Of a DNA stretch of 64,000 nt, positions 1 to 8,731 are shown in pieces. The position numbers and the translations under genes are program-made. Every line of letters starts with the position of its first letter. Within the stretch, counting starts at the first letter, position 1. A model generated the notes under the pieces. The model worked only from the letters and a program-made list of their open reading frames with translations. It searched no databases and was not told the DNA's origin. Origin of the DNA: an uncultured Gammaproteobacteria bacterium (GTDB lineage Bacteria; Patescibacteriota; Microgenomatia; Levybacterales; GWA1-39-11); assembly GCA_964531275.1 (NCBI GenBank), contig CAZHDZ010000001.1, positions 68,882 to 132,881 on the forward strand, written 5' to 3'.

Positions 1-5
1 GAGAT

Positions 6-194
6 ATGCTCAATGAGCGTTTATTTAAGTGGAGTAAGTTCTTGGTTGGTGGTACAGCAGTAGGGATTGCTGCCGCTGCACTTTATCCAGTTTCTGTTCC
101 TCTGGGTATAACAGTTGGAGTTGGGGGTGCTGCCATGGAAGGGGTAGGATACTTTGGAATCGTTGGAAATGTTCTTAAAAGATTTAAAAATTGA
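6..194 (+). CDS. small Gly/Ala-rich hydrophobic protein, function unknown (may be truncated at window edge)
   Basis: ORF at extreme 5' edge; GxxxG-rich hydrophobic core (VGGTAVGIAAAAL...GVGGAAMEGVG) and basic C-terminus; no family recognised. Confidence 0.25.
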   Translation: MLNERLFKWSKFLVGGTAVGIAAAALYPVSVPLGITVGVGGAAMEGVGYFGIVGNVLKRFKN

Positions 195-200
195 ATCACT

Positions 201-530
201 ATGCAACAAACTGATAAAGATCTTCTTCTTAAAATTCTTGATATTATAGACTACTCAAATGACAAAGCTGTGTTTGTTGATAAATTTTCGGAACTAAATA
301 GACAAGAAGCTTTACTTAATTTACTTGAAAGACTTCCTAAGGATGTGCAAGAAAAAATGAGCAGTAGTGAAGATATTGCAGAGGTTAGAAAAGTAATAAG
401 TAGCGAGAGTTATGCCCTCGAACTAGCAACAGTTTCTGCAGAGGCCCTTGGAAGCTTAATAAATAATGTGACTCCTACGTTAAGCGATGATCAAAGAAAT
501 CAAATTACCGCTCTCATAAATCCTCAATAG
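201..530 (+). CDS. hypothetical helical protein
   Basis: 109-aa ORF directly downstream of the small Gly-rich ORF; no recognisable motif. Confidence 0.3.
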   Translation: MQQTDKDLLLKILDIIDYSNDKAVFVDKFSELNRQEALLNLLERLPKDVQEKMSSSEDIAEVRKVISSESYALELATVSAEALGSLINNVTPTLSDDQRNQITALINPQ

Positions 531-555
531 AATTACAAATTGGAGCCAGAACTAA

Positions 556-960
556 CTATAGATGATCTTCAGTGTCTGCTTCTGCTTCTTCTTTTGTCTT
601 ATGTATGGTTCCATCTCTGTGGTGAGACGGGGAATAAACTGTGTATAGCTTTAATTCTGTGGTTGATGATGTATTTATTACATTATGTTCTGTGCCTGCA
701 GGAACTACAATTGCGCTTCCGTCTTTTATTGACTGTTCTTCGCCATTCATGATAACTTTTCCCTCTCCTTTTTCGATTCTCAGAAATTGATCGGTTGTTG
801 GGTGGACTTCCATTCCTATTTCTTCATTCGGAAGGAGCGACATGAGTACGAGTTGTGCGTGTTGACCAGTGTAAACAACTTTTCTAAAGTTATCATTGGA
901 AAGAGTGATATCTTCTATGTTGCCGACAAAACCTGACATAGTCCTAGTATACACCGACAA
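556..960 (-). CDS. cupin-domain protein (cupin_2-like)
   Basis: Small beta-barrel signature (FRKVVYTGQHAQLV...EVHPTTDQF...GEG...VVPAGTEH); clear paralogue of ORF 45560..45934. Confidence 0.6.
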   Translation of the reverse strand: MSVYTRTMSGFVGNIEDITLSNDNFRKVVYTGQHAQLVLMSLLPNEEIGMEVHPTTDQFLRIEKGEGKVIMNGEEQSIKDGSAIVVPAGTEHNVINTSSTTELKLYTVYSPSHHRDGTIHKTKEEAEADTEDHL

Positions 961-1064
961 GATGCATATTCATACAAAAAAAGAGGAGTCTAACTAATAG
1001 AGCTACCTCTTTTAATGTACGAAAACGTTTACATAGGCACCGTATCTGCTGCCTTGCAAGGGAA

Positions 1065-1355
1065 TTACATTGGCATTGCTTCGTAGACCTTAACACTTGT
1101 TATTATTGGACAGTCTTTCAAAAGTCCTTCAACCTCTTCCATGCTAGATGCATTAATAATTGTGTAGCCAGCAATTGCTTGAGGGCCAAATGGCAATACT
1201 TTAGAATCTGATTTTGTTACTTCGTGTCCTTCCCCAAAGGGATTTCCACTATCAACAACTCTTTCTCCAAGTACTTCAAACCACTTAGTCCATCCTGTCA
1301 TGATCTCAGAAGACATCTCAGATGTCCCCACATATAAAAGTACAAATTTTTTCAT
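1065..1355 (-). CDS. YciI-like domain protein
   Basis: About 96 aa starting MKKFVLLY..., size and pattern typical of the YCII-related family; stop/start abuts the ArsR gene. Confidence 0.4.
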   Translation of the reverse strand: MKKFVLLYVGTSEMSSEIMTGWTKWFEVLGERVVDSGNPFGEGHEVTKSDSKVLPFGPQAIAGYTIINASSMEEVEGLLKDCPIITSVKVYEAMPM

Positions 1356-1357
1356 AT

Positions 1358-1720
1358 TTATTTAATTCCACCTCCTTTCTTCTTTTCTTTCGAAACAAAT
1401 TCTAAGTAATTTTCAAATGAATCACTATCATTGCCCCAATATGCGTGATACTGCATTAGCCAGTCCTGAAGCTTTAGTACTGTCTTTTTATTAAGTGCCA
1501 GGAAATTAACTCTACCAACTTTTTTTGTTAGGATGAGATTTGATTCTTCAAGAATTCTTATATGTTTGTGGATTGCCGGGAGAGAAAGATTTCGTTGAGT
1601 TGCGAGACTACTTATAGAGTGGGGTTGAAGACCTAATGCGTAAATAATTTCACGTCGATGTTTATTGCCAAGCGCTTGAAAGATTAGGTCAAGATCAGAT
1701 GTTTCTTTTAAAGTAGACAT
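1358..1720 (-). CDS. ArsR/SmtB-family winged-helix transcriptional regulator
   Basis: HTH region (HRREIIYALGLQPHSISSLATQRNLSLPAIHKHIRILEESNLI) typical of ArsR family; divergent from an AHSA1/SRPBCC gene, a common pairing. Confidence 0.65.
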   Translation of the reverse strand: MSTLKETSDLDLIFQALGNKHRREIIYALGLQPHSISSLATQRNLSLPAIHKHIRILEESNLILTKKVGRVNFLALNKKTVLKLQDWLMQYHAYWGNDSDSFENYLEFVSKEKKKGGGIK

Positions 1721-1770
1721 AATGGTTAACTAATAAGTTAAGTATACTGTAATTTTAAATTAAGTCAAGA

Positions 1771-2208
1771 ATGTGGTACTATAATTTTGAAATGGACAAA
1801 TCCCCTATAACGATTGAAACAGAAATTAAAGCTCCTATTCAAAAGGTATGGAAATACTGGAATGAGCCTTCCCATATCGAGAAATGGGCTTTTGCAGCAG
1901 AGGATTGGGAGGCAAGTGGAGCAGAGAATGATTTAAGGGTCGGAGGTACATTCAAAACAACTATGTCTGCAAAAGATAAAAGTGCCAGTTTTGATTTTGG
2001 CGGAGTGTATAATTCAGTCATAGAAAATGAGCTTATCGAATATGATATGGATGATAGCCGTCACGTATCTGTAAAATTTAGTCAAACGGCAGATGGCACA
2101 AAGATAATTCAGACCTTTGATCCTGAAAATGAGAATCCGGAAGAATTGCAAAAAAGCGGTTGGCAGTCAATTCTTAATAACTTCAAGAACTACGCAGAGA
2201 ACAACTAG
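1771..2208 (+). CDS. SRPBCC / AHSA1-like (activator of Hsp90 ATPase homologue) domain protein
   Basis: 145 aa, pattern IETEIKAPIQKVWKYWNEP...W typical of AHSA1/START-like fold; divergent to ArsR regulator. Confidence 0.55.
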   Translation: MWYYNFEMDKSPITIETEIKAPIQKVWKYWNEPSHIEKWAFAAEDWEASGAENDLRVGGTFKTTMSAKDKSASFDFGGVYNSVIENELIEYDMDDSRHVSVKFSQTADGTKIIQTFDPENENPEELQKSGWQSILNNFKNYAENN

Positions 2209-2232
2209 AGAGTCATTTGTTATACTCTTTGA

Positions 2233-2802
2233 GTGAACATAATATTTATTAGACATTCGAAATCTCTTGTAAATCCAGATGTCCCGATTGCAACATGGGC
2301 ACTTTCGGATGAAGGAGTAGATTTAGCAAAAAAATTGAAAAAAGTCCTTGGTGTCAAATCCATCGAAGTTATTTATTCAAGTCTTCAACCGAAAGCCTTA
2401 GAGACCGCAATCTTAGCAACTAAAGATTTAGGTATACCAATACGTACCCACAAAGACTTAACAGAATCTACATCGTTTACTAATAAATTTGTTAACCTCC
2501 AACAACTAGAGGAGAATACAAGAGAGTATTACAAGAATCCTGATCTTAGTATTAATAATGGTGAAACTTCAAAAGAAGCAGTATTACGTTTTAATACAGC
2601 TATAAATGAAATTGTGAGAATAGAAAAGGGAAGGAAGGTTATTGGAATCGTTAGCCACGGCAGTATTCTTGCAGATTTTTCTGCGCAATACTTTGATAAA
2701 TCTGCATATGAAATAGTACATAAAATGGGACAGCCAGATATTGCTGAATTTAATTTTGAAAAAAAGGAATTTGCAAAGTTCTTCGGGGAAATAAGCTTTT
2801 AA
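2233..2802 (+). CDS. histidine phosphatase superfamily (phosphoglycerate mutase-like) protein
   Basis: N-terminal IFIRHSKS (RHG-type catalytic His motif) and later SHG (VSHGSIL). Confidence 0.55.
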   Translation: MNIIFIRHSKSLVNPDVPIATWALSDEGVDLAKKLKKVLGVKSIEVIYSSLQPKALETAILATKDLGIPIRTHKDLTESTSFTNKFVNLQQLEENTREYYKNPDLSINNGETSKEAVLRFNTAINEIVRIEKGRKVIGIVSHGSILADFSAQYFDKSAYEIVHKMGQPDIAEFNFEKKEFAKFFGEISF

Positions 2803-3656
2803 GGAATTAGGATATTGTTGTCGTAAATATAATTTCCAATCTCCTCTCCGATAAAAGTTATGCCAAGAACGGATGGATGTATATCGTCGGTTGGATTAAT
2901 ATATTTGGTGTTTCCATCTCCATTTTCCGTAAGGGTCTTCTCATATATATTTAAAAGTGGAATATTATGTTTTTTTGCATATTCATTGTGATTCTTCAGG
3001 TATGCAACTCGTTCTTCAGCTTGTTTCTTTCTGTCTTCTAAAGTATTTGTTTTTTGTGTTGATGCCCCAAAGGTTGCAATATTTGGAGCGATAGTTGTGA
3101 TGAATATGATTACTGAGCTTGATTTTTCTTGAGTTAGTTTTGTCATAAGACTATCGAGTGCTTCATTCTGTTTTTTGATCCCCTCATCGATCCCAAATTC
3201 TGAAAGTGGATTATATCCAAAAGACTCAATTAGAATTACATCATAGCTCTCGGCAATAAGTGGACCAAAAATATATTCACTTCTTGTTACTCTTTTATCA
3301 ATTTGTTCACCTACGGAAAGAATATTGCTTGACACAGCATAATTATCAATAATTATCCGTTGAGTAGTTGCGCTGCTTTTATACTTTTCATTCATGAACT
3401 CACTCATGCCTCCTCCATGAGGACCAAGTGCAGCAGTCATTGAATCTCCAATCATCGCAATTTTATATACATCTTTTTGTGGTACCTTATATTGATTGTA
3501 GTTGCTAAAAATATATGGAGTTGGAGTAATAATTTTTTTTGTTTGGATTGGTGGTGAAAGAGTCTCTACTACCTCCGGCTTAATTAAATAAAAGAACAAA
3601 GGAATTGCTAATAGAACAAGCGTATAAAAGAAAAGGATGATTACGTTTTTTCTCAT
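2799..3656 (-). CDS. membrane-anchored SGNH/GDSL-family hydrolase
   Basis: N-terminal TM helix then block I motif IAMIGDSMTA (GDS[L/M]); C-terminal D..H (DDIHPS). Confidence 0.6.
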   Translation of the reverse strand: MRKNVIILFFYTLVLLAIPLFFYLIKPEVVETLSPPIQTKKIITPTPYIFSNYNQYKVPQKDVYKIAMIGDSMTAALGPHGGGMSEFMNEKYKSSATTQRIIIDNYAVSSNILSVGEQIDKRVTRSEYIFGPLIAESYDVILIESFGYNPLSEFGIDEGIKKQNEALDSLMTKLTQEKSSSVIIFITTIAPNIATFGASTQKTNTLEDRKKQAEERVAYLKNHNEYAKKHNIPLLNIYEKTLTENGDGNTKYINPTDDIHPSVLGITFIGEEIGNYIYDNNILIP

Positions 3657-3726
3657 ATCAGAAGTATACCACTCAAGATTGATCTAGATTTTGAATCAAC
3701 CATTCTATGATAGAATTTAAGCATTC

Positions 3727-4299
3727 ATGGAAATTATCTTAAGAGGTCTTGCGATACTTCTTATAGTAGGAAGAATATTATACTGGCTTGTAACTGAAAA
3801 AAGAGCAAATTTAATAAAGCCCAAGCTTAAAAAAGCTACATTCACTGAACACTTTCGAAGACTAGCTTCAACTATAGCTGCTGTGATTATTGTATTGCAA
3901 CTATTTGGGCTACATCTTTTTCCTTTTCCAATAAGCCCTGCATTGCTGTTGACCGGGATGGGACTTTTATTAACCGGCACAATTATAATGGTTGTTGCGA
4001 GAATCGAGTTAGGTAACAACTGGACGCATGCAGCTGATTATCAAATCAGGAAGAATCAAGACTTAGTTACAACTGGCATATATAGCTACATTCGTAATCC
4101 TATCTACTCTGGTGCACTGTTAGTATTTATAGGTGCAGAACTTATTGCTGGCAGCTTTTTAGTGATTCTTTGTGTGCCTATATTTATAGGAGGATATATT
4201 CAAGCAAAAAGAGAAGAAAGGATACTCGAAAGACAGTTTGGCAAAAATTACGAAAAGTATAAGAAAAATTCCAAAATGTTCTTTCCATATATCATCTGA
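3727..4299 (+). CDS. isoprenylcysteine carboxyl methyltransferase (ICMT/PEMT)-family membrane methyltransferase
   Basis: Multi-TM protein with C-terminal RNPIYSGALL...EE..L...FG..Y..Y signature of the ICMT/phospholipid methyltransferase family. Confidence 0.65.
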   Translation: MEIILRGLAILLIVGRILYWLVTEKRANLIKPKLKKATFTEHFRRLASTIAAVIIVLQLFGLHLFPFPISPALLLTGMGLLLTGTIIMVVARIELGNNWTHAADYQIRKNQDLVTTGIYSYIRNPIYSGALLVFIGAELIAGSFLVILCVPIFIGGYIQAKREERILERQFGKNYEKYKKNSKMFFPYII

Positions 4300-4421
4300 G
4301 GGAGGAGTTGGGCGGTTTTTATAAAAAAGTTAGTAATTTCTAAGAAAAATTGAAATTCCAAGGTTTCCTTAAGAAAAAGTTAATAATTATTTAATAATTC
4401 TATTCTATTTTAAGACAACAC

Positions 4422-5090
4422 ATGAAGATCCTTTTGATAGATGATGACCTCCAAATGGCATCAACAATAAAAGATCTGCTCTCCGTTTTCTTTACGGTTG
4501 AGATTTGTTCTGGTGCCACAGATGGGGAGTCGATTATTTATTCCAATGAGTATGATCTTGTTATCCTCGATATTTTGCTAGGTGATGGAAATGGTATTGA
4601 GATATGTAGAAAAATTCGAGAAAACAACTATACCATGCCGATTTTAGTACTAACAGGAAAAATAGAAATTGAATATAAAGTAAGAGCTCTCAACTGCGGC
4701 GCCGATGACTACCTTACAAAGCCTTTTAATACTGAAGAGCTTATAGCAAGAATAAGAGCATTATTACGAAGACAACGAAGCGGATTTGTAACGAATACAT
4801 TAACAATAGGTGACCTAACTTTGGATTTAGAAAAAAGAAAAGTTATACGGGGTAAGAATGTAATTCCTCTAAGACGAAAAGAATTTAGTCTACTTGAGTA
4901 TCTCATACGAAATGCCGGTCGGGTCATGACGAGAGATATGATTCTCGATCATTTATGGGATAGCGATACCGACTCGTTAACAAATCTTGTTGATGTTCAT
5001 ATCAAATATCTTCGAGACCAACTCGACAAGCCCTATAGAAAAAAAATGATAAAAACTGTACACGGTATAGGATACAAAATTGAAGCTTGA
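4422..5090 (+). CDS. two-component response regulator, OmpR/PhoB family
   Basis: REC domain (MKILLIDDD...LVILDILLGDG...K) plus C-terminal winged-helix trans_reg_C (RKEFSLLEYLIRNAGRVMTRDMILDHLW). Confidence 0.85.
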   Translation: MKILLIDDDLQMASTIKDLLSVFFTVEICSGATDGESIIYSNEYDLVILDILLGDGNGIEICRKIRENNYTMPILVLTGKIEIEYKVRALNCGADDYLTKPFNTEELIARIRALLRRQRSGFVTNTLTIGDLTLDLEKRKVIRGKNVIPLRRKEFSLLEYLIRNAGRVMTRDMILDHLWDSDTDSLTNLVDVHIKYLRDQLDKPYRKKMIKTVHGIGYKIEA

Positions 5091-5304
5091 TCTTTAGGCC
5101 AAGAATAAAAGAAAGGAGGTGATTGCCATGAACGCTTTTCTTATTGAAGTCTTAACAAAAAAATCGTCAAGAAAAAAGTCAAATTTAAAGAAAGCAGCAC
5201 TTGCAAGTACTGCTGATACTTTAGTTTGGACTGTTGCTTGAACAAAGTAATGTAAGAATGGATATAATAAGCACATTGTTTCTAGGAAAATTTATTTTTC
5301 TAAG

Positions 5305-6687
5305 ATGTGGAAATTATTTATAGCCCATTTTATTGTCTCGGGCAGCAAGGATAGGGATAGGGCAAGAAGAGAGTTTATTCTTAATATAATTCTCTTTGCG
5401 TTGCTTGTTCTATCGACTACTGCCCTGACTTTTAACTTCTTACAACCGTTGTTATATCCGGCAAGCCGAGGTGGTGAATCAACTGTTGTTGTAGGTATCT
5501 TCTTCTCATTTATCGCATTCTTATATTTGCTATCCAGAGTGGGCAGAGGAAGATTGTCTACATATATCTTGTTGCTATCCTTGTTGGCAATCGCAATATA
5601 CAGGACTCATTACTGGGGTGCGGATACTGCCGTGATGTTATTGCTATTTGCTCTCATCATAACAATGGCAGGAGTACTTCTGGATAGCAAGCATGCTTTT
5701 GTTTTTACTGTTATAAGTGCAATTAGTATATTGAGCTTTACTTATATGGAGGCTAATAAGTTGTATACGCCTCAAAATTATTGGAAACAGGATCCTGTTA
5801 AATTATCTGATACATTCGTTAATGCGATCATCCTTCTTATAATCTCAACAATAACGTGGTTATTTAATAGGGATCTTCAAAAAGCATTAAGGCGCGCCAG
5901 AAGATCTGAAAAAGCGCTTAAGAAAGAAAGAGATAGGTTAGAAATTACCGTCGAAAAAAGAACGGCTGAATTAAAAGCAGTTCAGACCGAAAAAATTGCA
6001 CAGTTGTATCGGTTTGCGGAATTCGGAAGACTTTCCTCTGGTCTTTTTCACGACTTGGTAAATCCTCTTACTATTGTTTCGCTTAATCTAAGGAGTATCT
6101 CAAGTAGCCAGAAAGATATGAAGGAATTAACAGATATGCGCGTTGCATTGGAAAGAGCTATTGAAGGTACAAGACGTCTTGAAGGATTTGTGGAGGCAGC
6201 AAGAAAACAAATACAGAATAGAGATGTTAATGTAAAATTTTCATTAATTAAAGAAACCAACCAAAGTCTCCAAATGCTTGATTATAAGGCAAAAGAGGAA
6301 AAGGTAAAAATATATTTTGAATCCGAAAAGGATATTGCAATTATTGGTAACCCATTCAAATATAGCCAACTAGTTCTGAATCTAGTGTCTAATGCAATAG
6401 ACGCTTATCAAGGATCCAGAAAGAAAAACCGTGCAGTTACCATCAAGCTAGTTAAAGTCGAGAACATCATTAAGCTTTCCATACAAGATTTTGGAAGTGG
6501 TATAGAGAAACAGAATTTAGATAAAATTTTTGATCCTCTTTTTACAACAAAAAGTTTTACAAGAGGTACAGGTATTGGACTTTCAATATCAAAGGAAATT
6601 GTTGAAAGTGGATTATGCGGCAATATTCATGTAGTAAGTTCTAAAGTAGATGGAACTATATTTACTGTCTCATTCCCAGAAGCATGA
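5305..6687 (+). CDS. sensor histidine kinase (membrane-embedded input domain, HisKA + HATPase_c)
   Basis: About 6 N-terminal TM helices, coiled coil, H-box FHDLVNPLT, N/G boxes (LVLNLVSNAIDA, DFGSGI, GTGIGLSIS); adjacent to the response regulator. Confidence 0.8.
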   Translation: MWKLFIAHFIVSGSKDRDRARREFILNIILFALLVLSTTALTFNFLQPLLYPASRGGESTVVVGIFFSFIAFLYLLSRVGRGRLSTYILLLSLLAIAIYRTHYWGADTAVMLLLFALIITMAGVLLDSKHAFVFTVISAISILSFTYMEANKLYTPQNYWKQDPVKLSDTFVNAIILLIISTITWLFNRDLQKALRRARRSEKALKKERDRLEITVEKRTAELKAVQTEKIAQLYRFAEFGRLSSGLFHDLVNPLTIVSLNLRSISSSQKDMKELTDMRVALERAIEGTRRLEGFVEAARKQIQNRDVNVKFSLIKETNQSLQMLDYKAKEEKVKIYFESEKDIAIIGNPFKYSQLVLNLVSNAIDAYQGSRKKNRAVTIKLVKVENIIKLSIQDFGSGIEKQNLDKIFDPLFTTKSFTRGTGIGLSISKEIVESGLCGNIHVVSSKVDGTIFTVSFPEA

Positions 6688-6755
6688 GGCGGGGTGGGAG
6701 GAAGACATTTAATAATTATTTAATATTCAAGCGTTAGTATAGGTACTTAATCCCC

Positions 6756-8687
6756 ATGCCAATTGATAATTCTGTAGAAAAAGCCATATTATTTCTTGCA
6801 AAATCGCAGCAGCCTAACGGATCATTTTTGAGCCTCTCATCTAAAAGTCCTACAAATTTTAAGGAGGCAATTATTTTCCCGTCTGTCTTTTCATCAACCT
6901 TGATACTGTCTAGTCTGGCTAGGATAAACGAGAATGAGACTTTAAAAACAATAAAGGAAAAGCTTGCAAGCTTCTTACTTGCTCAAAGAAGTGACGCATG
7001 GTCATTCAACTACTGGGATAGAGAGGCAGTTGAATATAAAAAAATTCCCTATCCCGATGATCTTGATGACACGTTTTCGGCGCTAGCTGCTTTGCATCTC
7101 TATGATCCAAAAATAATTACTGGCGAAGTACTTGCAAAATCAGTTTCTCTTTTGACTACTCTTGAGGTTGATGAAGGCGGTCCTTATCGCACGTGGCTCG
7201 TTGATGAGAACAGTGAAAGTGCGTGGAAGGATGTTGATTTTGCTGTTAATTCAAACATCGGATACTTTTTGTCTCTAATTGGTGTCAGTCTTCCAAAACA
7301 AATAGATTTCTTGGAGCGACAAATTGCTGAGGATAAAATAGAATCTCCTTATTATCCCAATAGTTATCCGTTAATTTACTTTATTTCACGATTCTACAAA
7401 GGTCCTTATAAGGACAACTTAATTAAAAAAATCCACAGTCTCAGTCCTTCTAACTCATTGGATAATGCTCTTTGCGCGCTTTCTCTAATGAACCTAAATG
7501 AAAAGCACGAGAATATTAAAGATCATGTAGAGTATGTTATTGAAAACCAAATGAACGGGTATTGGGAGGCGGCACCATTTTATACAGGAGTTAACCCAAA
7601 AAGAGACAATAATTATTTTGCAGGAAGTGACGAGCTGACTACAGGATTTTGCATCGAAGCATTATACGCTTTTTCTCAATATACTGCCGTTATTTCACAA
7701 AAAAATATTGAGAAGAAAGGGGAAGAATTAGATAGAAGTATTCTTAATCTGACGAAGAAACGATTCCTAAACACTGGCCGCGGTCTTCAAGAGCAGGCAA
7801 TAGAAGTGATAGATTCTGTAAAGCGAGATGATAAGTCATTTCAAATAACATTGACACCGTTTTATTTTACTTTTTCTTTGGGAAACCACGGTTCTGATGT
7901 TAGCGATGAATTACTTGTTGCCTTGGGAAGTGCAAATTTATATGGGTGGATTGCTTATTCAATTTATGACGATTTCTTGGATGAAGAGGGTGAACTTGCA
8001 AAACTTTCAGTGGCTAACGTGGCATTGAGAGAGTCTTCCGGAATATTCGAAACCATTCTTCCCGGCTCTGGATTTGTGAATCATGCCCGTAAGGTAATTG
8101 ATGCGATTGATTCAGCAAATACTTGGGAGGTAACGATGACAAGGAAAAAAATAAAAAAAGGAGATATGCTCAAAGAAATTGTACTGCCTGATTGGGGGAA
8201 CTTTGAGAAAATTGCTGCAAGATCCTTCGGTCATGCATTAGGTCCGATTGCAATCTTATATTCACTTGGGTTTTATGACCAGTCGTCAGAAGTAAAAAAT
8301 CTTGAAAAGTTTTTTAGGTCATATCTTATTGCAAAACAGTTAAATGATGATGCTCATGATTGGCAGGAAGACCTGCAAAAAGGACATATGACACCTGTTG
8401 TTACACTTTTGTTGCATAGAATGTTAATAAAAAAACCAAATTATGAAGTTATCTCAATGAATATATTGATACAAGATCTTAATGAGATCTTTTGGTATGA
8501 CGTAATTCTTGATACCTGCGAAAATATACTAATGTATGTTAGGAAGGCGAAGAAGTACATTCAAAAAATTCCAATTATTGAAAAGCCAGAAATTCTAGAA
8601 GATCTCTTGATAGGCGTGGAGAATGGTGCTTTAAAGGCCATTAAGGACCGGAAAAAAACAGTCGACTTTCTTAATGTTTATTCTTAA
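6756..8687 (+). CDS. two-domain protein: N-terminal squalene-cyclase/prenyltransferase-like alpha/alpha-toroid domain (DxDDT motif) + C-terminal helical domain with DDxxD and NSE-like motifs (terpene synthase-like?)
   Basis: N-term repeat AILFLAKSQQPNGSF and YPDDLDDTFSALAAL closely resemble squalene-hopene cyclase QxxDGGW repeat and YPDVDDTAVVVWAL active-site region; C-term has IYDDFLDEEGE and about 115 aa later LNDDAHDWQED. Confidence 0.4.
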   Translation: MPIDNSVEKAILFLAKSQQPNGSFLSLSSKSPTNFKEAIIFPSVFSSTLILSSLARINENETLKTIKEKLASFLLAQRSDAWSFNYWDREAVEYKKIPYPDDLDDTFSALAALHLYDPKIITGEVLAKSVSLLTTLEVDEGGPYRTWLVDENSESAWKDVDFAVNSNIGYFLSLIGVSLPKQIDFLERQIAEDKIESPYYPNSYPLIYFISRFYKGPYKDNLIKKIHSLSPSNSLDNALCALSLMNLNEKHENIKDHVEYVIENQMNGYWEAAPFYTGVNPKRDNNYFAGSDELTTGFCIEALYAFSQYTAVISQKNIEKKGEELDRSILNLTKKRFLNTGRGLQEQAIEVIDSVKRDDKSFQITLTPFYFTFSLGNHGSDVSDELLVALGSANLYGWIAYSIYDDFLDEEGELAKLSVANVALRESSGIFETILPGSGFVNHARKVIDAIDSANTWEVTMTRKKIKKGDMLKEIVLPDWGNFEKIAARSFGHALGPIAILYSLGFYDQSSEVKNLEKFFRSYLIAKQLNDDAHDWQEDLQKGHMTPVVTLLLHRMLIKKPNYEVISMNILIQDLNEIFWYDVILDTCENILMYVRKAKKYIQKIPIIEKPEILEDLLIGVENGALKAIKDRKKTVDFLNVYS

Positions 8688-8731
8688 GCCCATCTGTATT
8701 GTCGTGTACTCCTCCTATATAATCTAAGCAA

